DNA of 61,043 nucleotides from a virus (Duplodnaviria; Caudoviricetes): IMG/VR virus record IMGVR_UViG_3300030117_002966, positions 1 to 61,043 of that record; one strand, 5' to 3'. Shown piece by piece: positions 58,695 to 61,043 of this stretch (position 1 is its first letter; each line of letters starts with the position of its first letter). The notes under the pieces were generated by a model. It saw only the letters and a program-made list of their open reading frames with translations, ran no database searches and was not told where the DNA came from. The position numbers and the translations under genes were made by a program.

Positions 58695-59030
58695 ATGACT
58701 AAAGCAAAAATGGATTATCTTTGGGCTCCTAAGTCCGAAGGTATTGTTAGCGGAATACTTGACCACATCGGTATCACAAAGGTTGGAACTTCAGCCAGAT
58801 ACCCAACCGGTGTTAAGTATGATTGTTTGATTGCAATCGCAGATGTTCTTTCTTCCCACGAAGAATTCGCATCTATGGTAGCTTCATCAACTCATGGCTT
58901 CCAAGCCAAACGTAAAGTAGAAGGAACTCGTGCTCCATCTGTTGATTCAGTTGTTTCAGCTCTTGCCTCTGGTAAGATGTCAGAAGCAGATTTGAAATCA
59001 GCTATGAAAAAAGCAGGACTACTTAAGTAA
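58695..59030 (+). CDS. hypothetical protein
   Basis: Leaderless start. Confidence 0.75.
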   Translation: MTKAKMDYLWAPKSEGIVSGILDHIGITKVGTSARYPTGVKYDCLIAIADVLSSHEEFASMVASSTHGFQAKRKVEGTRAPSVDSVVSALASGKMSEADLKSAMKKAGLLK

Positions 59031-59039
59031 GACAAACTA

Positions 59040-59352
59040 AGAAGCTGGGCAACTCAGAAAACTGCCCACCTTATTCTTAAGGAAGTAGCTCTTCCTTATC
59101 GGGTATGGCCGAATAAGTCCGCCACGGACTAAGGCACAGGGCACGCAAACCAAGAACCGACTGGTGGAGGAATGCGTGACTGGTAACGCGTCTACACTGT
59201 AGTGGCATAACGCGTTTGGGGGTATACAGCAAGGCCCCCTACCCACCTTATTGTCATCAATAATTGACACGCCCCCTTGAGATGGTTAACGACGCGAAAG
59301 TATCGACATCAAATCCACCGCTGGCGCCAGTGTATAAATTGGAGGGGGCACC
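59040..59352 (+). ncRNA. candidate structured ncRNA C (or structured 3' trailer)
   Basis: About 9 tandem hairpins; no credible ORF. Confidence 0.55.
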
Positions 59353-59356
59353 TCAT

Positions 59357-59374
59357 TTTTCCACGCGCGTGAAA
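59357..59374. repeat. palindrome, copy 5
   Basis: TTTTCCACGCGCGTGAAA. Confidence 0.75.
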
Positions 59375-59384
59375 CTTTTCATAT

Positions 59385-59830
59385 CTTCTCAGCTCAGCTC
59401 TACTCAGCTCCCATTTCTTTTTGCTCTATAGAGCCGTAAGGCGCGGTGAGAAAACAGGTTCTCAGTTCAGAACCACAAACCAGCACTACAACGCACAGCG
59501 GGGGTGAGAAACTACCAGAGTTCTCAGTAGGGCTAAGCTCGACTGAGCACTTTCGGTAGGCCAGAATGAGAAAATGGTTAGTAGAGCTTATAATAATTAT
59601 AATATTCTCTCAGTTTAGCATGAAATGTGTTCGTGCTGAAACTGTAAATATAATCTCAGTAAGCCCTATATTAAAATGCTCTACATCGCAAAGCTCTACT
59701 GAGTAATTAAGCTCTACTTAGTATGGCTCTACTTAGTTAAGCTATACTAAGCTCTTTTACTTCAGCTATAATGTGCATAACTAAGCTATATCTTAATATA
59801 GTTAATATAGAGAATACGAACTATATAAGG
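59385..59830. repeat. iteron-like GCYCTAY/CTCAG array plus AT-rich tract (candidate replication origin)
   Basis: 10 GCYCTAY copies; tandem AAGCTCTACT(G/T)AGT at 59691, 59709, 59725. Confidence 0.65.
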
Positions 59831-59937
59831 TTTTGCATGAAAAAGCACCCCGTTTTTTATACTCAGTTCATTTTTCGTGCTGGGCTCTCAGTCCACAAGG
59901 GGAAACCTTTATAAAGGGCGTATACGATGTAGATTTG

Positions 59938-60195
59938 ATGACTATGACCGACATCGACACAATAGCCGAACAACTAAAAAGCATGACTGCCAATCAGTTA
60001 CAACAACTGTTAAGTGCAACCGCGAACCGAGACGGTTCCGCAATCAAAGCTCGTAAGATTAGAGCAACTGAGAAGTATTTCAGACACGCTCCGAAACCAC
60101 ATCAGTGTCTCACTTTTGAGAACTACCGTGACACTGTTGACTACATACATGAAATAGGTGTAGACCGATGGTTAACCGAGAGAGGTTCACTATGA
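59938..60195 (+). CDS. hypothetical protein
   Basis: TATA at 59908; leaderless ATG. Confidence 0.65.
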   Translation: MTMTDIDTIAEQLKSMTANQLQQLLSATANRDGSAIKARKIRATEKYFRHAPKPHQCLTFENYRDTVDYIHEIGVDRWLTERGSL

Positions 60196-60305
60196 ACTGC
60201 GTAGACTGTGGACAGTTCTCAACTTATGACACAGGTGGACATGAAGTGAATAAGTATTCATGCGAACACTGTTTAGTAGAAGATTATATTACAGGTGAAC
60301 TATGA
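60192..60305 (+). CDS. 37-aa Zn-ribbon protein
   Basis: CVDC...CEHC; ATGA overlaps. Confidence 0.55.
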   Translation: MNCVDCGQFSTYDTGGHEVNKYSCEHCLVEDYITGEL

Positions 60306-60652
60306 ACATAGCAACCCTAAACAAGTTTAACAATTACATGACTCAGCATACCGACAAAGTTCCTTTGCTCAGTGTGCAGTCAATTGAAGATAAACGTTTC
60401 AACGTGCTGAGAGAGTTTTTATCTCAGTGCTTCGACGATGTAGAAGACAATGCTTGGTCAGTCAGTTCGAACTTAGGAAAGTTCGTTGACTCTCTTAGCA
60501 CAATGGAACAATCAGACAGAGATGCTTTGTCTCGCTTAGTATCTAAATACGAAGTGAAGGGCACAAGCAGTGGTGTCTCAGGTGAGGGGACATATGGTTA
60601 TGACCGCAGTAGGGTTGACCGTAGTCTCATCAGACGCAGGAGGGCCAACTGA
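60302..60652 (+). CDS. hypothetical protein
   Basis: AGGTGA SD. Confidence 0.7.
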   Translation: MNIATLNKFNNYMTQHTDKVPLLSVQSIEDKRFNVLREFLSQCFDDVEDNAWSVSSNLGKFVDSLSTMEQSDRDALSRLVSKYEVKGTSSGVSGEGTYGYDRSRVDRSLIRRRRAN

Positions 60653-60653
60653 G

Positions 60654-61043
60654 ATGTTAGAAAGATATACTGAGGATGACACCGGTAAGCTTATAAAGGC
60701 TACCGACCATGAGGAACCAATGGAACCGACCGACACACACAGAGGACTCGACGACTTAATGTCCGGTAGTCCCATGCCAGAAGAGGAACCTACCCCCGAA
60801 GAAGTGGTAGAGAAAGAGACAGTTATGTCCAAACTGAGAGGCTCAGTCAATGTGCCCGAAGAGTTTAAGTTCGCTGATGATTCGACTTTCTACACTATGT
60901 TGAGAAACATATTTCGTGGTAAGAACATTCTTATCACAGGCCCGTCAGGGTGTGGTAAGTCTAGTCTCGGTAAGATACTAGCCGAGATTACATCAAAAGA
61001 GTTTTACTCTTTCAACTTCGGTGACACTATGAATCCATCAGCT
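60654..61043 (+). CDS. MoxR/CbbQ-like AAA+ ATPase (3' truncated)
   Basis: NILITGPSGCGKSS...FYSFNFG; open to the window end. Confidence 0.8.
   Translation, partial: MLERYTEDDTGKLIKATDHEEPMEPTDTHRGLDDLMSGSPMPEEEPTPEEVVEKETVMSKLRGSVNVPEEFKFADDSTFYTMLRNIFRGKNILITGPSGCGKSSLGKILAEITSKEFYSFNFGDTMNPSA

Noticed and set aside
59431-59463. GAGCCGTAAG...CAGGTTC resembling group II intron domain V
   Set aside because: The upper stem and GNRA loop cannot form, and there is no RT or interrupted gene.
60687-60700. AAGCTTATAAAGG as another early promoter
   Set aside because: Lies in the open frame from ATG 60654 (GGAGGG SD) and lacks TTGGTA; not fully excluded.
1-61043. tRNA, rRNA, integrase, reverse transcriptase/DGR, inteins
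   Set aside because: No cloverleaf with a T-arm or these protein motifs found by eye; PolB, RNR and TerL have uninterrupted sizes. tRNAscan-SE was not run.

Overview
This is a 61 kb piece of a tailed dsDNA archaeal virus (Caudoviricetes, siphovirus-like). It is most likely a 'magrovirus' infecting Marine Group II/Poseidoniales. That host call is an inference from archaeal BRE-TATA promoters, aIF-1A, PolB with a PIP box, a PriS-type primase, a SAP-domain protein and GCTD..A.NY repeats. The window has three blocks. (1) 1-17293 (+): replication and auxiliary genes, including a squalene/phytoene synthase-family gene, WYL, AbrB, Hsp20, an AAA+ helicase-like ATPase, aIF-1A, MazG, PolB, HNH, an Sm-like protein, GT4, primase and class II RNR. 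(2) 17290-54615 (-): the morphogenesis operon (terminase, portal, protease/scaffold, HK97 MCP, neck, two tail-tube paralogs, frameshifting chaperone, tape measure, tail proteins, collagen-like fibre), a cluster of tiny basic proteins, a Cas4-like nuclease and a glycan-modification cluster. (3) 54900-61043 (+): a putative early region built from repeated cassettes. It carries near-identical promoters with a TTGGTA element, a recurring TTTTCCAC..GTG(G)AAA palindrome and three ORF-free, GC-richer, highly structured 300-430 nt candidate ncRNAs. Two of these RNAs begin with the same 28-nt loop on covarying stems, and the loop reads ATG-AAA-ATA-GCA-AAA-TAG. An iteron-like GCYCTAY array follows, and the same motif also clusters inside distant genes. 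Block 3 is the best candidate for an undescribed system. All calls come from reading motifs by eye; no database search or folding program was run.
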